Shown in pieces: positions 42,683 to 52,811 of a stretch of 64,000 nucleotides of DNA. The notes under the pieces are model-generated. The model was not told where the DNA came from and ran no database searches. It was given only the letters and a program-made list of their open reading frames with translations. Position numbers and translations under genes: made by a program. Origin of the DNA: Thermoplasmata archaeon (GTDB taxonomy: Archaea > Thermoplasmatota > Thermoplasmata > Lutacidiplasmatales > UBA184); NCBI GenBank assembly GCA_035945215.1, contig DASZAJ010000007.1:136761-200760 (forward strand), written 5' to 3'. Position 1 is the stretch's first letter; each line of letters begins with the position of its first letter.

Positions 42683-44251
42683 GTGACATCCGATGCGCGG
42701 CAACCGCTGATCGTGGGCAGCGGCATCGCGGGGCTGTTCGTCGCGTTGCGATGCCGGGAGCTAGGGCTCCGTCCGACCCTCGTGACCAAGTCGAGCCTAG
42801 AGGAGTCGAATACCCGCTACGCCCAGGGGGGGATCGCGGCCGCACTCGGCGACGACGATTCGGTCGAACTCCATCGCCGCGACACGATGCAGGCCGGCGA
42901 CGGGCTGGTCAACCCCGAGGCCGCGCGGATCCTGACGTCGGAGGCTCCCCAACGGATCGCCGACCTTGTCCGCTTCGGCGTGCCGTTCGATACGGTCGAC
43001 GGCCGTATCGCCCTGGGCCGCGAGGCCGCACACTCCCGGTATCGCATCCTTCACGCCGGCGGGGATGCGACGGGCCTTCAGATCGAGGAGACCCTGCGTC
43101 GCCGGGCTCTCGCCGAGGGGATCGAGGTGCGGGAGCATACGAGGCTCCACCGCCTCGGACAGACGGCCCAGGGCGCCCCGGTGGCGTTACTCGCGGCGGG
43201 GTCGGGGGGGGCCGAGCGGGTCGTTGGGAAGCCGATCGTCCTGGCGACGGGGGGGGCGGGAAGCCTGTATCGCCAGAGTTCGAATCCCTCGATCGCGACC
43301 GGCGACGGGATCGCGATCGCGTTCCGAGCCGGCGCGCTCCTATCGGACATGGAGTTCGTCCAGTTCCATCCGACCGCCTTCGCGCGACCGGACGCGCCCC
43401 GTTTCCTGATCACCGAGGCCCTGCGGGGCGAGGGGGCGGTCCTTCGCACCGGGCAAGGCGAGCGCTTCCTGACCGGGCGGCTCCCTCAAGGCGAACTGTC
43501 GACCCGGGACGTCGTGTGTCGTGCGATCCAGGAGGAACTCGCGCGCTCCGGCGCCCCGTGCGTGTACCTCGACGCGACCGCGATCCCCCGCGACCGTCTG
43601 TTCACGCGGTTCCCGACGGTCTGCCGATTTCTCGCGGGGTACGGCCTCGACCCCTCCCGCGACCCGATCCCGGTGGCCCCCGCCGCCCACTACACGATCG
43701 GGGGAGTTGCCACGGATCTTGAGGCCCGCACCAGCCTATCGGGGGTCCTCGCCTGTGGCGAGGTCGCTTCGACCGGGGTCCACGGCGCCAATCGGCTCGC
43801 CAGCAACTCCTTGCTCGAGGGGCTCGTGTTCGGCGAGCGCGCCGCCCGCCAGCTGTTGCATTCGGCCCGCGGCGGACCAACCCCACCGGCCCGTCTCGTA
43901 TCGCTACCCGTCGCGCCCGGGGCGGGCCGGGATCAGGCGGATCGACGGCTCGACCAGGTCCGAGAGGTACTCTGGAATGCGGTGGGCATCATTCGGACCG
44001 GGGCCGGACTCCGGGAGGCCGATCGCGAACTCGCCCGATGGAATCGAGAGAGCGAACCGCCGGCCGGTCGTGCCCCCGGCCCCGGGGCGAATGCAACCCT
44101 GGTCGCCCGCATCATCGCCCGGGCGGCTCGAACCCGGGAGGAGAGCCGGGGCGCGCACTACCGTTCCGACTTCCCGAAGCCCCGGGCCACTTGGGGCCAC
44201 CCCCTGGGCATCACGCGGGGCCCCCGCCGGCCCCCGGACCGTTCCGATTAG
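42683..44251 (+). CDS. nadB: L-aspartate oxidase (NadB; FAD-dependent, succinate dehydrogenase flavoprotein family)
   Basis: LIVGSGIAGLFVAL is the FAD-binding motif. RYAQGGIAAAL is the aspartate oxidase/fumarate reductase signature. It is 522 aa. Confidence 0.82.
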   Translation: MTSDARQPLIVGSGIAGLFVALRCRELGLRPTLVTKSSLEESNTRYAQGGIAAALGDDDSVELHRRDTMQAGDGLVNPEAARILTSEAPQRIADLVRFGVPFDTVDGRIALGREAAHSRYRILHAGGDATGLQIEETLRRRALAEGIEVREHTRLHRLGQTAQGAPVALLAAGSGGAERVVGKPIVLATGGAGSLYRQSSNPSIATGDGIAIAFRAGALLSDMEFVQFHPTAFARPDAPRFLITEALRGEGAVLRTGQGERFLTGRLPQGELSTRDVVCRAIQEELARSGAPCVYLDATAIPRDRLFTRFPTVCRFLAGYGLDPSRDPIPVAPAAHYTIGGVATDLEARTSLSGVLACGEVASTGVHGANRLASNSLLEGLVFGERAARQLLHSARGGPTPPARLVSLPVAPGAGRDQADRRLDQVREVLWNAVGIIRTGAGLREADRELARWNRESEPPAGRAPGPGANATLVARIIARAARTREESRGAHYRSDFPKPRATWGHPLGITRGPRRPPDRSD

Positions 44252-44300
44252 CGCCTCCGCCGTCCGATAACGATTATCTCGACCGATACCTGCCCTGCCC

Positions 44301-45452
44301 ATGGACCTTCAGCTCTCGGAGGAAGAGGCCAGCCTTCAGGCGGCCGCGCGCCGCTTCGCGCTCGAGCAGCTGGCCCCGGTCGCCGCCACGATGGACCGGG
44401 AGGACCGCTTCCCCCGCGATGTATTCCGCCGGATGGGGGAGCTCGGGTTCCTCGGGATCACGGTGCCCGCCGAGTTCGGGGGCCTGGGCCTTTCCTATCT
44501 GGCCCAGGCCCTGGTGCTCCTCGAGATTGCTCGCGTTAGTCCCGCGTTCGCGCTCTCCGTCGGCGCTCACTCCAATCTATGTGCCGACAACTTGGCGCGA
44601 AACGGCACGCCCGGTCTGCGGGCGCGCTTCCTCCCGCCCCTCGTGTCGGGCGAGCACGTGGGAGCGCTCGGACTGACCGAGCCGGGCGCCGGGTCCGACG
44701 CGGTTTCGCTCAAGACCACGGCCGTCCGCGACGGCCCGAACTACGTGCTGAACGGAACGAAGCAGTTCATCACCAACGGGCCGATCGCCGAGACCCTACT
44801 CGTTTATGCCAAGACCGCCCCGGACCGCGGTTCCCGGGGGATCAGTGCGTTCGTCGTCGGTAGCGACTCGCCCGGGTTCTCGGTCTCCCGGTCCCTCGAC
44901 AAGATGGGCATGCGCGGATCGCCCACCGGGGAGCTCGTCTTCAGGGATGTCGTGGTGCCCGCCGACCAGATGGTCGGCGCCGAAAACGAGGGTGTGGGGA
45001 TCATGATGGCCGGGCTGAACGTCGAGCGCGCCGTCCTCACTGCGATCCCGCTGGGGATCATCACGGAATGCCTCGAACTATCGCTCCGATACGCGCGCGA
45101 AAGGGAGCAGTTCGGCCAAAAGATCGGATCCTTCCAGCTGATCCAGGCGAAGCTCGCCAACATGTTCTTCGAGCGGGAGGCGTCCCGCTGGCTCCTCATC
45201 GCGGCGCTCGACTCGGTCCAACACGACAAGCGCAGTGCGAGGGCGAGCGCGGCCGCGCTGACCTACTCGAGCGAAGCTTCGACGCGGGTCGCGCTCGACG
45301 CCATCCAGATCCACGGGGGATACGGGTACATGCGCGACTACCCGGTCGAGCGGCTCGCTCGCGATGCGAAGCTGCTCGAGATCGGCGCCGGGACCTCGGA
45401 GATCCGACGCCTCTTGGTCGCGCGGGAACTGCTCGGCGCAGGATTCGATTGA
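44301..45452 (+). CDS. Acyl-CoA dehydrogenase
   Basis: [13 protein letters not shown] and [33 protein letters not shown] are ACAD signatures. Confidence 0.88.
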   Translation: MDLQLSEEEASLQAAARRFALEQLAPVAATMDREDRFPRDVFRRMGELGFLGITVPAEFGGLGLSYLAQALVLLEIARVSPAFALSVGAHSNLCADNLARNGTPGLRARFLPPLVSGEHVGALGLTEPGAGSDAVSLKTTAVRDGPNYVLNGTKQFITNGPIAETLLVYAKTAPDRGSRGISAFVVGSDSPGFSVSRSLDKMGMRGSPTGELVFRDVVVPADQMVGAENEGVGIMMAGLNVERAVLTAIPLGIITECLELSLRYAREREQFGQKIGSFQLIQAKLANMFFEREASRWLLIAALDSVQHDKRSARASAAALTYSSEASTRVALDAIQIHGGYGYMRDYPVERLARDAKLLEIGAGTSEIRRLLVARELLGAGFD

Positions 45453-45493
45453 GCCACCGGCGCCCGGCCGAGTACCGATACCCCCGACCGCCG

Positions 45494-46237
45494 GTGCCCA
45501 TACGATTTCTGCGACGGCCGAACCGCTATCTGGCGATCGTCCAACGCGAATCGGGGGGCTCCCCGTTCGCCGCCCACGTCCCCAACCCGGGGCGCATGGA
45601 GGAGCTCCTGGTCCCGGGCGATACCCTCGGCTTCGCGGTCCCGGCAGCCCGCCCGGGTCGCAAGACCCGGTTCGACCTCGTCGCGGTCCGGCATGGCCCC
45701 GAACTCGTCTCGATCGATTCCCGCGTCGCCAACCGACTGGTCGCGGTCGCGCTCCCCATGGGGATCGTGGCCGGGCTCCCCCACACCCATTGGCGGGCCG
45801 AACCTACTGTGGGGCATGCTCGGCTCGACTTCGGGCGATTCCACCCGGGGACCGGTCGACCCGAGGGGTATCTCGAGGTCAAGAGCTCGAATCTTCGGGT
45901 GGGCGAAGAGGCGCTGTTTCCCGACGCCCCCACGCAGCGAGGGCGCCGCCACTTGGAAGTGCTCACGTCGCTCGCCCGGCGGGGGATCCGTTGCGACGTG
46001 CTGTTCGCGATTCAACGGGACGACGTTCGAGCGTTCCGGCCCAACCGGGTCCTGGACCCGGAGTTCGCGGCCGCGCTCGACCGGGCGCGGGGATCGGGCG
46101 TCGGCGTGCACGCGATCCGGATGCAAGTATCGCCGGACCGGGTGCGACTATCCGAGGTCGTACCCGTCGTCGACGGGGTTCCGCAACTTGCCCACCCAAT
46201 CCTTTATAGGCGCGCGTCCGCCATCGTCGGTACATGA
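45494..46237 (+). CDS. sfsA: SfsA family protein (sugar fermentation stimulation protein homolog; predicted nuclease/DNA-binding)
   Basis: VPIRFLRRPNRYLAIV...AHVPNPGRMEELLVPG...SIDSRVANRLV matches the SfsA consensus. The GTG start is just after the ACAD stop. Confidence 0.7.
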   Translation: MPIRFLRRPNRYLAIVQRESGGSPFAAHVPNPGRMEELLVPGDTLGFAVPAARPGRKTRFDLVAVRHGPELVSIDSRVANRLVAVALPMGIVAGLPHTHWRAEPTVGHARLDFGRFHPGTGRPEGYLEVKSSNLRVGEEALFPDAPTQRGRRHLEVLTSLARRGIRCDVLFAIQRDDVRAFRPNRVLDPEFAAALDRARGSGVGVHAIRMQVSPDRVRLSEVVPVVDGVPQLAHPILYRRASAIVGT

Positions 46238-47049
46238 GCGGCCGGCCCGCCACTCCCCCGGCGCGGGCCCCCGATGCCGAGGCGGGGGGGCGGCCGGGGT
46301 CGAACCTGCCGAGACTCCGCCTCGAAGTCCTCCAGGAACTCCAGCAGCTCATCGACAGCCGAGAGGCGCGCGACCGACTCGATCGCGGCCCGCTCGCGGA
46401 GACGAAGGGACGGGAACACTGGGTCCTTCATCTCCTGCTGCGCGCCGAGGAGTCCTCGCAAGCCCACATCGACCGGCTCGTCGGCTCTTCCTACGCCAAC
46501 TTGACGGCGCGGCTGCAATCGGTGGAGGACCGGCTCGCCACCTTCATCGACTCGGATGCCGCGGCGCGGGCGGACCTCATCGGACGCCTCGACGTCCTCG
46601 CGAACACCTTCGGCGAGCGCTTGGAGAAGGGGTTCACCGAAGGGACCGATCGGATCGCCGAGACCGCCTCGGGGCGTCTGACGAAGGAGCTCAAGGAGGC
46701 GTGGGGGCCGATCGAGGCGTCGATCGAATCGTTCTCCCAAGGATCGAAGGAGATGGTCAAGGAGGTCTCCGATACCTACAAGGTGGCGACCCAGACCCGG
46801 CTCCTCCTGAACGAGAACGCTCGCCGGATCTCCGATCTGAGCCGCGATCTGCTCGCGATCGAGGACAGCCTGAAACTCGTGGTCCAACGGGCCGTGGAGG
46901 AGACACTGGCTCCGCTCGAGCAGCGGATCGCCCACCTGGAGAGCCGGGTGGGCGGGGCGCCACCCGCCGGCGAGGTTCCCAACGCAGTCGAGGCGATGGA
47001 CGCTCCGACAGAGGCGGCCAAGCCGCCCGAGCCGGACCCGGGTAGCTGA
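46234..47049 (+). CDS. Hypothetical coiled-coil protein
   Basis: A 271-aa protein with a Pro/Ala-rich N-terminus followed by long predicted coiled coils (LEVLQELQQLIDSREARDRLDR...). It overlaps the sfsA stop (ATGA). Confidence 0.5.
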   Translation: MSGRPATPPARAPDAEAGGRPGSNLPRLRLEVLQELQQLIDSREARDRLDRGPLAETKGREHWVLHLLLRAEESSQAHIDRLVGSSYANLTARLQSVEDRLATFIDSDAAARADLIGRLDVLANTFGERLEKGFTEGTDRIAETASGRLTKELKEAWGPIEASIESFSQGSKEMVKEVSDTYKVATQTRLLLNENARRISDLSRDLLAIEDSLKLVVQRAVEETLAPLEQRIAHLESRVGGAPPAGEVPNAVEAMDAPTEAAKPPEPDPGS

Positions 47050-47063
47050 ACCCCCGCCGGCCG

Positions 47064-47924
47064 ATGACCCGGATCTCCCGTCGGCATCCCCGCTACGAGA
47101 GCCTGAAGACAAGGGCGCGACTCGCCGGGGCTCTCCGAACGAAGGTCGTCGTCGCCGAAGGGCTCATCGCCCACGGCCGGGGGGAGGCGTTCGACTACTA
47201 CCTCGGGGAGCGAACGACCCGCTCCGCGCGGGGCGCCGAACAGCTCGCGGCCCGCTGGCTGCTCGCCGCGCGCCAACCAGTCATCTGCGTCAACGGCAAC
47301 GTGGCGGCGATCGCCGCCCGTGAGGTGGTGGAGCTAGCGCGCCGTCGCCCGGGCCTCGGGATCGAGGTGAACCTGTTCCACCGAACCGCGGGCCGGGCGC
47401 ACGCGGTCGCCCAGGTGCTGGAGCGAGCGGGGGCCCGCCGAGTCCTGGGCGTCCGTTCCTCCGCACGGATCCCGGGCCTCCCCTCGGATCGGGCCCGCGT
47501 AGATCGGCAGGGCGTCTGGCGCGCCGACGTCTGCCTCATCCCGCTCGAAGACGGGGACCGAGCCATGGCGCTCCGCCGGCTCGGCAAACGGGTGATCGCG
47601 ATCGACCTGAACCCGTTCTCCCGGACCTCGGAGGCGGCCGATCTGCCCATCATCGACGAGCTCCGGCGGGCCCTTCGGGGGATCGCCCGGGGGCTCTCCG
47701 ATCGCCGACCGCGCCCGCCGACCGGGATTTTCGAGTCCGTCGATGCCGCGGGACTCCTCGCCGCGGCCCGGGCCACGATGGCCGCCCGTCTCACAGGTGC
47801 AAGAGCGGGCCGGTCCCCGGCTGCAACGGGGCGGCGAGCTTCGCCGCGACGAGCTCCAGGAAGTGCGCGTCGGTGGCGTCGAACGCCCGCAGCGCGTTCC
47901 CGTCGACGTCGATCTCCCCGATGA
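47064..47924 (+). CDS. Putative archaeal 4-phosphopantoate--beta-alanine ligase (phosphopantothenate synthetase, PPS/DUF137), with a low-complexity C-terminal tail
   Basis: The N-terminus HPRYESLKTRARL...AEGLIAHGRGEAFDYYLGE resembles a conserved signature of the archaeal CoA-pathway PPS family. The last ~45 aa are Arg/Ala/Pro low complexity, and this stretch overlaps a convergent gene. Confidence 0.55.
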   Translation: MTRISRRHPRYESLKTRARLAGALRTKVVVAEGLIAHGRGEAFDYYLGERTTRSARGAEQLAARWLLAARQPVICVNGNVAAIAAREVVELARRRPGLGIEVNLFHRTAGRAHAVAQVLERAGARRVLGVRSSARIPGLPSDRARVDRQGVWRADVCLIPLEDGDRAMALRRLGKRVIAIDLNPFSRTSEAADLPIIDELRRALRGIARGLSDRRPRPPTGIFESVDAAGLLAAARATMAARLTGARAGRSPAATGRRASPRRAPGSARRWRRTPAARSRRRRSPR

Positions 47925-48279
47925 CCTGACCCGCGGCGCGGATCGGAACGACGACCTCCGAAAGCGTGGTGGGAAAGCAGGCGAGGTACTCGGGGCGTTC
48001 GCGGACGTCTCCGACGAGCACCGTTGCGTTGTCCCGGGCGGCGAGCCCGCACAGACCTTGGCCCACCTCGATCTGGGTGTGCTCGGTCGGCGCGTCGCCG
48101 GCCCAGCCGGCGAGATGCAGGGTGCTGCTTTGCAATCGGTAGACCCCGACCCAGGCGAAGTGCGGGAACTCATGGTGCAGGAAACGACAGACCCCGGAGA
48201 TGGCGGCGTCCCCGGCGAGACGACCGAGGACGGCGTCGACCTGGAGGAGCGCGGGCACGACCTGGCGGTTCGGGATCAC
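47791..48279 (-). CDS. GAF domain protein
   Basis: The C-terminal ~160 aa (GVCRFLHHEFPHFAWVGVYRL...VPIRAAGQVIGEIDVDGNALRAFDATDAHFLELVA) is GAF-like. The GTG start is inferred. The upstream part of the tool ORF is low complexity. Confidence 0.65.
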   Translation of the reverse strand: MIPNRQVVPALLQVDAVLGRLAGDAAISGVCRFLHHEFPHFAWVGVYRLQSSTLHLAGWAGDAPTEHTQIEVGQGLCGLAARDNATVLVGDVRERPEYLACFPTTLSEVVVPIRAAGQVIGEIDVDGNALRAFDATDAHFLELVAAKLAAPLQPGTGPLLHL

Positions 48280-48566
48280 GCGCGACCGCCCCCCGCGGGC
48301 AGGAGCGCCGAGGGGGAGATTTCCCGCCGCCCGGCATGAGCCGGGCCGACCTTTGAACTCCCGAGGCGTATTCCGCCACGAGCTTTCCAGACTCGCGCCG
48401 TACCGGACTGAGCCACCTCGGCACGCCCGCGCCATCGGTAGGGACCGGGCCGATAAGGTTGACGGCCCGAAGCTCGGCCCTCCTCGACCTTCGAGCGGTC
48501 CGCGGCAGGCGTGCCCCGCTGTCCGATGATCCCGCGGCTTGGCCGCCTCGCGCGGCCACGCGCCGT

Positions 48567-49304
48567 TCAGCCAGGGCCGGCGCGCAGCGCGCGATCGACC
48601 AGGGCCGCGAGGATGCCGCCGAGGATCGGTGCGACCCAGAAGATCCAATCCTGCTGGATCGCCCAGTTCCCCGAGGACCAGAAGGCGGAGAGAACGGCCG
48701 GCGCGAAGCTTCGGGCCGGATTGATCGAGGCGCCATCGACCGGGATCGCCACCAGGTTCGTCATGACCAGCGTGAGTCCGATGCCGATCGGGGCGAGGTT
48801 GCGCGCCGAAGCCTCCGATCGGGTGGAGAACAGGATCACGAAGACGAGGAAGAACGTGAACGTCGTCTCGAGGACGAACACCGCACCCCAGTTGAACCCC
48901 CCGCAGGCGACGGTCGACGTCGAGTAGCACTGCGACGCGAGGGCGTCGATCTGGACCGACGGGAAGAACCCCGAGTTCCCGTAGGCGACGGCCGCGATCG
49001 CCCCCATGCCGGCGACCCCCCCGGCGACCTGGGCGATGAGGTAGGGGACCACATCTCGGGCGGGGAATCGCCCGGCGGCCCAGGCGCCGATCGTCACGGC
49101 GGGGTTGAAATGCCCACCGGAGATGTCGGCGAACGCGTACAGAAGCCCGATCAGACCGAATCCGACCGCGAGCGAGATGAGCACGACCCGGACGAGGGGG
49201 TCGAGCAGCGAAGAGCTGAACACCGCCGCGCCGCCGACCGCGACCAATAGGCCGAACGTCCCGACAAACTCCGTGAGAAGGCGCTGCCCCCGACTCCAGG
49301 CCAT
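48567..49304 (-). CDS. Aquaporin (MIP family)
   Basis: Six TM, with two NPA boxes (HFNPAVT and SINPARS). Confidence 0.92.
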   Translation of the reverse strand: MAWSRGQRLLTEFVGTFGLLVAVGGAAVFSSSLLDPLVRVVLISLAVGFGLIGLLYAFADISGGHFNPAVTIGAWAAGRFPARDVVPYLIAQVAGGVAGMGAIAAVAYGNSGFFPSVQIDALASQCYSTSTVACGGFNWGAVFVLETTFTFFLVFVILFSTRSEASARNLAPIGIGLTLVMTNLVAIPVDGASINPARSFAPAVLSAFWSSGNWAIQQDWIFWVAPILGGILAALVDRALRAGPG

Positions 49305-49418
49305 GAACGGGGGTTGGGCCGTCGAATACTTAGACGTTCGGGCGGACCGCTCGCGAAGGTCGACGGGATCGGATCGGCCGGCTGCCGAGACGCCCCGAGC
49401 GGCGCCCGGCTCGCCGGT

Positions 49419-49688
49419 TCAATCCGGGAACGGCGTCCACCCGCAGCGCAGGCAACCGGACGCTCGCAGGTCCGAGGGGATCTCGCTGCCGCAATCCGGG
49501 CAGGGGGCGGCCTCCGGGCCGAGGAGCGAGAGGCAGTCGTAGCAGGAGCCGCCCCGACGGTCCTCCGGGAGCACGACGAGCCCCTTCCCGCAGAACGTGC
49601 AGCGCTGGAATCGATCCTCGGCGGTGGAAAAGACGCGGTGGTCCGCGAGAGAAAGCATGCGAGCGGCGCGAGCAACGGGCGCGTACAT
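49419..49688 (-). CDS. Small zinc-ribbon protein (four CxxC pairs)
   Basis: An 89-aa protein with CTFCGKG...CYDC...CPDCGSE...CLRCGW pairs. It may be a real small Zn-binding protein. Confidence 0.45.
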   Translation of the reverse strand: MYAPVARAARMLSLADHRVFSTAEDRFQRCTFCGKGLVVLPEDRRGGSCYDCLSLLGPEAAPCPDCGSEIPSDLRASGCLRCGWTPFPD

Positions 49689-49814
49689 AACAGCTTGGTA
49701 AGTTTTCTTGGCGTCGCGTCGCTTCGCGGCCGCATCTCAGCGCCGGCTCCCTCGTTCGAGGCCCGATGGCCCCCGAAAAGGGGAGATTGAGGCATTTGGT
49801 CTGACGTCTTCGGA

Positions 49815-50561
49815 CTAGGCATCCCGCCAGCGCGCCTTGTACGATGCGATGGCGAGCAGTCCGACGGTGAACGCGATGAGCACCCCCCAGTCGGTCAGCC
49901 GGGCCAGGACGCTCAACGGCTCCAGTCCGAAGGCGTTGCGCATCAGGTCGGCGGCGAAGGTGGTCGGGGAAAGATAGGCGACGGGCTGCAACGCGCTCGG
50001 CAGGAAGCTCACCGGATAGTAGACCGGCGGCAGCACGGTCAGGGCCAAGGAGACCAGGGTGGAGAAGATGAACGTCTCGCGAACGTCGGCGAAATAGGTC
50101 GCCAAGGTAAATCCTAGCCCCGAGGCGAACGCCCAGACGAGCAGCAGGACCGGGACCACCTCGACGATGGTCAGGAGGGAGACCGGCGCGTTGGCGACCC
50201 ACAGGATGGCGAAGAGGGCGATCCCCGGTATCGAATAGACGAGCTCCGAGAGAGCGATCCCCGCCACATAGATGGGCGCCTCGACCGGGGAGGCCACGAT
50301 GAGGTCCTGCAGCTTGAGGTCCTGCCGATAGTGGGACATGTCCGATTGGAGGCTCGTGCCGATGGAGACCATGGTGAGGACCATCCCCCCGGCCACCGCG
50401 GTGCGCAACAGCACGCCGTGGGAGGCGACGGTGATGAAGAACAGAAAGGAGAGCGGGGAGGCCATGACCCCCAGGAGGTACAGCGGCTGGGTCCGCATCG
50501 GGACGATCCCGTTCATGTACGCCAGGGTCAGCAGCGAACGCGCGCGATGGCGCTCGGTCAT
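49815..50561 (-). CDS. ABC-2 type transporter permease
   Basis: Six TM with a typical ABC-2 exporter profile. It overlaps the upstream ATPase stop. Confidence 0.8.
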   Translation of the reverse strand: MTERHRARSLLTLAYMNGIVPMRTQPLYLLGVMASPLSFLFFITVASHGVLLRTAVAGGMVLTMVSIGTSLQSDMSHYRQDLKLQDLIVASPVEAPIYVAGIALSELVYSIPGIALFAILWVANAPVSLLTIVEVVPVLLLVWAFASGLGFTLATYFADVRETFIFSTLVSLALTVLPPVYYPVSFLPSALQPVAYLSPTTFAADLMRNAFGLEPLSVLARLTDWGVLIAFTVGLLAIASYKARWRDA

Positions 50562-51538
50562 GCGCCGGCCCCTCCCTCATCCTCCGAGGCGTCCTGGTCG
50601 ATAGGCCGGCCGACGATCTGCAGGAAGATGTCCTCCAGGCTGACCGGACCGAGGGCGACCTTGGCCCCCTTCCCGAGCGCGGCCAGGGCGAGCTCGCGGG
50701 CGTCCTTCTCCCGGGCGAACACGAGGAACCCGCCGTCGAACGGGCTGACCTCGCCGAACGTCGCGAGCTCCGGGCGGCTGAACCCCCCTTGGACCGTGAC
50801 CCGGTACGGGAGGCGGACCCGGTCGCGGATCTCCGCGGGGGATCCTTCGATCTTCAGTTGGCCCCCCTCGAGCAAGGCGACCCGGTCGGAGAGCGCCTCG
50901 GCCTCGTCCAGATAATGGGTCGTCAACAGGACGGTCCGGCGGTCCCGTTTGGCGCGGCGGATCGCGGCCCAGACCTCACGGCGGGCAAACGGGTCGAGCC
51001 CGGTGGTCGGCTCGTCGAGGAAGACGACCTCGGCGTCCGAGGCAAGGACCATCGCCACCATCGCCCGCCGTCGCATCCCGCCGGAGAGCTGGCTCACCAG
51101 GCGCTTGCGGACCGACGCGAGGCTGAGCTCGTCGAGGATCGCGTTGGTCCTCCGGCGGGCCTCCACGCGGTCGGACCCGCGCATCATCAGGTAAAGGAAG
51201 ATGAGCTCGTCGACGTTCAGGAAGTACAGGGGCCGGGACTCCTGCGGGACCGAGGCGATGGAAAGTCGCACGCGCGAGGCTTCCCGAACCACGTCGTGGC
51301 CGAGGACGGTCAGGGTCCCGGACGTCGGTAGGAGCTGGGTCGCGGCGATCCGGACGAACGTGGTCTTGCCGGCCCCATTCCGCCCGATCAGGCCGTAGAT
51401 CCGGCCCTTCGGGATCGTGAGGTCGATCCCGGAGAGGGCGTCGATCCGGTGGCGGCCCGACTCGTAGCGCTTGGAGATCGCCGTCGCGCAGATCGCTGCC
51501 CCGCTCGGGTCGACGGCAAGGCGCGAGGCGTCGGACAT
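50558..51538 (-). CDS. ABC transporter ATP-binding protein
   Basis: Walker A is GRNGAGKTT. The signature is LSGGMRRR. Walker B is VVFLDEPTTGLD. H-loop is TTHYL. Confidence 0.92.
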   Translation of the reverse strand: MSDASRLAVDPSGAAICATAISKRYESGRHRIDALSGIDLTIPKGRIYGLIGRNGAGKTTFVRIAATQLLPTSGTLTVLGHDVVREASRVRLSIASVPQESRPLYFLNVDELIFLYLMMRGSDRVEARRRTNAILDELSLASVRKRLVSQLSGGMRRRAMVAMVLASDAEVVFLDEPTTGLDPFARREVWAAIRRAKRDRRTVLLTTHYLDEAEALSDRVALLEGGQLKIEGSPAEIRDRVRLPYRVTVQGGFSRPELATFGEVSPFDGGFLVFAREKDARELALAALGKGAKVALGPVSLEDIFLQIVGRPIDQDASEDEGGAGA

Positions 51539-51554
51539 CGTCCCCCGTCGCTCC

Positions 51555-52622
51555 TTACGAGATGACTTCGCCCAGGCGGCCTTGCGAGCGGGCGGCCTTC
51601 AACTCGAGCGCGATCCGGCGTCCCATCGACAACTGGGGGCGGACGAGGTCGGAGTAGCTCGAGCCGGAGACGAACAGGTTGGTCCCGGCGACGATCCGCG
51701 TCGAGATCTCGAAGACCTTGAAAACGAGGTCCTCGGTCATGATCCCCTCGACGCAGAACGGGCCGACCATGCCGCCGAACAGCTCGATCGAGCGCGCGAC
51801 GATGCGGGCCCCGACGTCGAACACTTGGGGAAGGAGAGACTCCCGGAGGACGACGGGGACGTTGCCGGTCACCACGAAGGTGGGCCGGATCCCGGCCTTG
51901 AGCAGCTCTTCCTGGGCCCCGAGCTTGTAGAGCTCGTCGATATTCGCCTCGTCGCGGCGGTCCATCCCCAACAGCTCGAGGGAGCCGTGGCCGACCCGGT
52001 ACCCCGATTCGGAGATCGGGGAATAGAAGAAGTGGACGTAGTAGCGGGTGCCCAGGACGTACTCCTGGATGACGTACGGACCCGTCGGGTGGAAATCCTC
52101 GAGGCCTTCCCGATTCTTGGCGAGGAAGAATCCCTTGCCTCCTTTCGCGCCGTAGTACTTCACGATCACCGGGCCATCGACCTCCGAGGCGTCCGAGAAC
52201 CGCTCGGGCATGAGGACCCCGGCCGATTCGAGCCAGACCCGCTCCTTTTCGCGGTCCGACTCCCATCCGATCACCGCCCGGTTCCCGAACACAGGGACCG
52301 GCAATCGCTGGAACGCTTCCGGCCCGAGGTATTCGACGAACGAGCCGTGCGGGACGAGAACGGAATTCTCCCGGTTGAGCTCCTCGGCTCGGGTCGAGAT
52401 CTCCCGGATCTCGGGGACGGTCAGGAACTTGTCCGGACGTCCGAGCGGGAACGCCTCGTAGAAGCGGGGCGGCGCCCCCCGACAGATCCCGAGCGTCGGA
52501 AACCCCTCGACGCGAGCCCCGTGGAAGATCTGCAGGGACGAATGCGAGCACAGCGTGGCGACGGTGGGGGTCGACTCCGCGATCGGAGCGTACCGGCTCG
52601 GCCCGGAAAGCTGGATTCCCAT
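51555..52622 (-). CDS. purP: 5-formaminoimidazole-4-carboxamide ribonucleotide synthetase PurP (ATP-grasp)
   Basis: The archaeal PurP family (MGRRIALELKAARSQGRLGEVIS at the C-terminus, ATP-grasp core). The internal Met MGIQLSG is chosen, which gives 355 aa. Confidence 0.75.
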   Translation of the reverse strand: MGIQLSGPSRYAPIAESTPTVATLCSHSSLQIFHGARVEGFPTLGICRGAPPRFYEAFPLGRPDKFLTVPEIREISTRAEELNRENSVLVPHGSFVEYLGPEAFQRLPVPVFGNRAVIGWESDREKERVWLESAGVLMPERFSDASEVDGPVIVKYYGAKGGKGFFLAKNREGLEDFHPTGPYVIQEYVLGTRYYVHFFYSPISESGYRVGHGSLELLGMDRRDEANIDELYKLGAQEELLKAGIRPTFVVTGNVPVVLRESLLPQVFDVGARIVARSIELFGGMVGPFCVEGIMTEDLVFKVFEISTRIVAGTNLFVSGSSYSDLVRPQLSMGRRIALELKAARSQGRLGEVIS

Positions 52623-52811
52623 AGCGGCCGAACCCACGTCGGGGATTTGAGATTGCTGAGGGGTCGGCGACGCATGAGGGTCGGAAACCGCCCTCGGTCG
52701 ATCGTACCCAAGCTCGGGCTCGACCGCCGGACCGCCCTCCCGGCGCCGTTCTTGGCCGCGCTGCCCCACCCGGCTCGGAAGTCCGGCCGAGCGGCGGCGT
52801 CGCCGAGCGCG

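Noticed and set aside
45068-45493. An N-terminal 140-aa extension of the sfsA ORF overlapping the acyl-CoA dehydrogenase gene.
   Set aside because: It overlaps the ACAD in another frame and has a low-complexity translation. The SfsA family N-terminus begins at the GTG near 45494.
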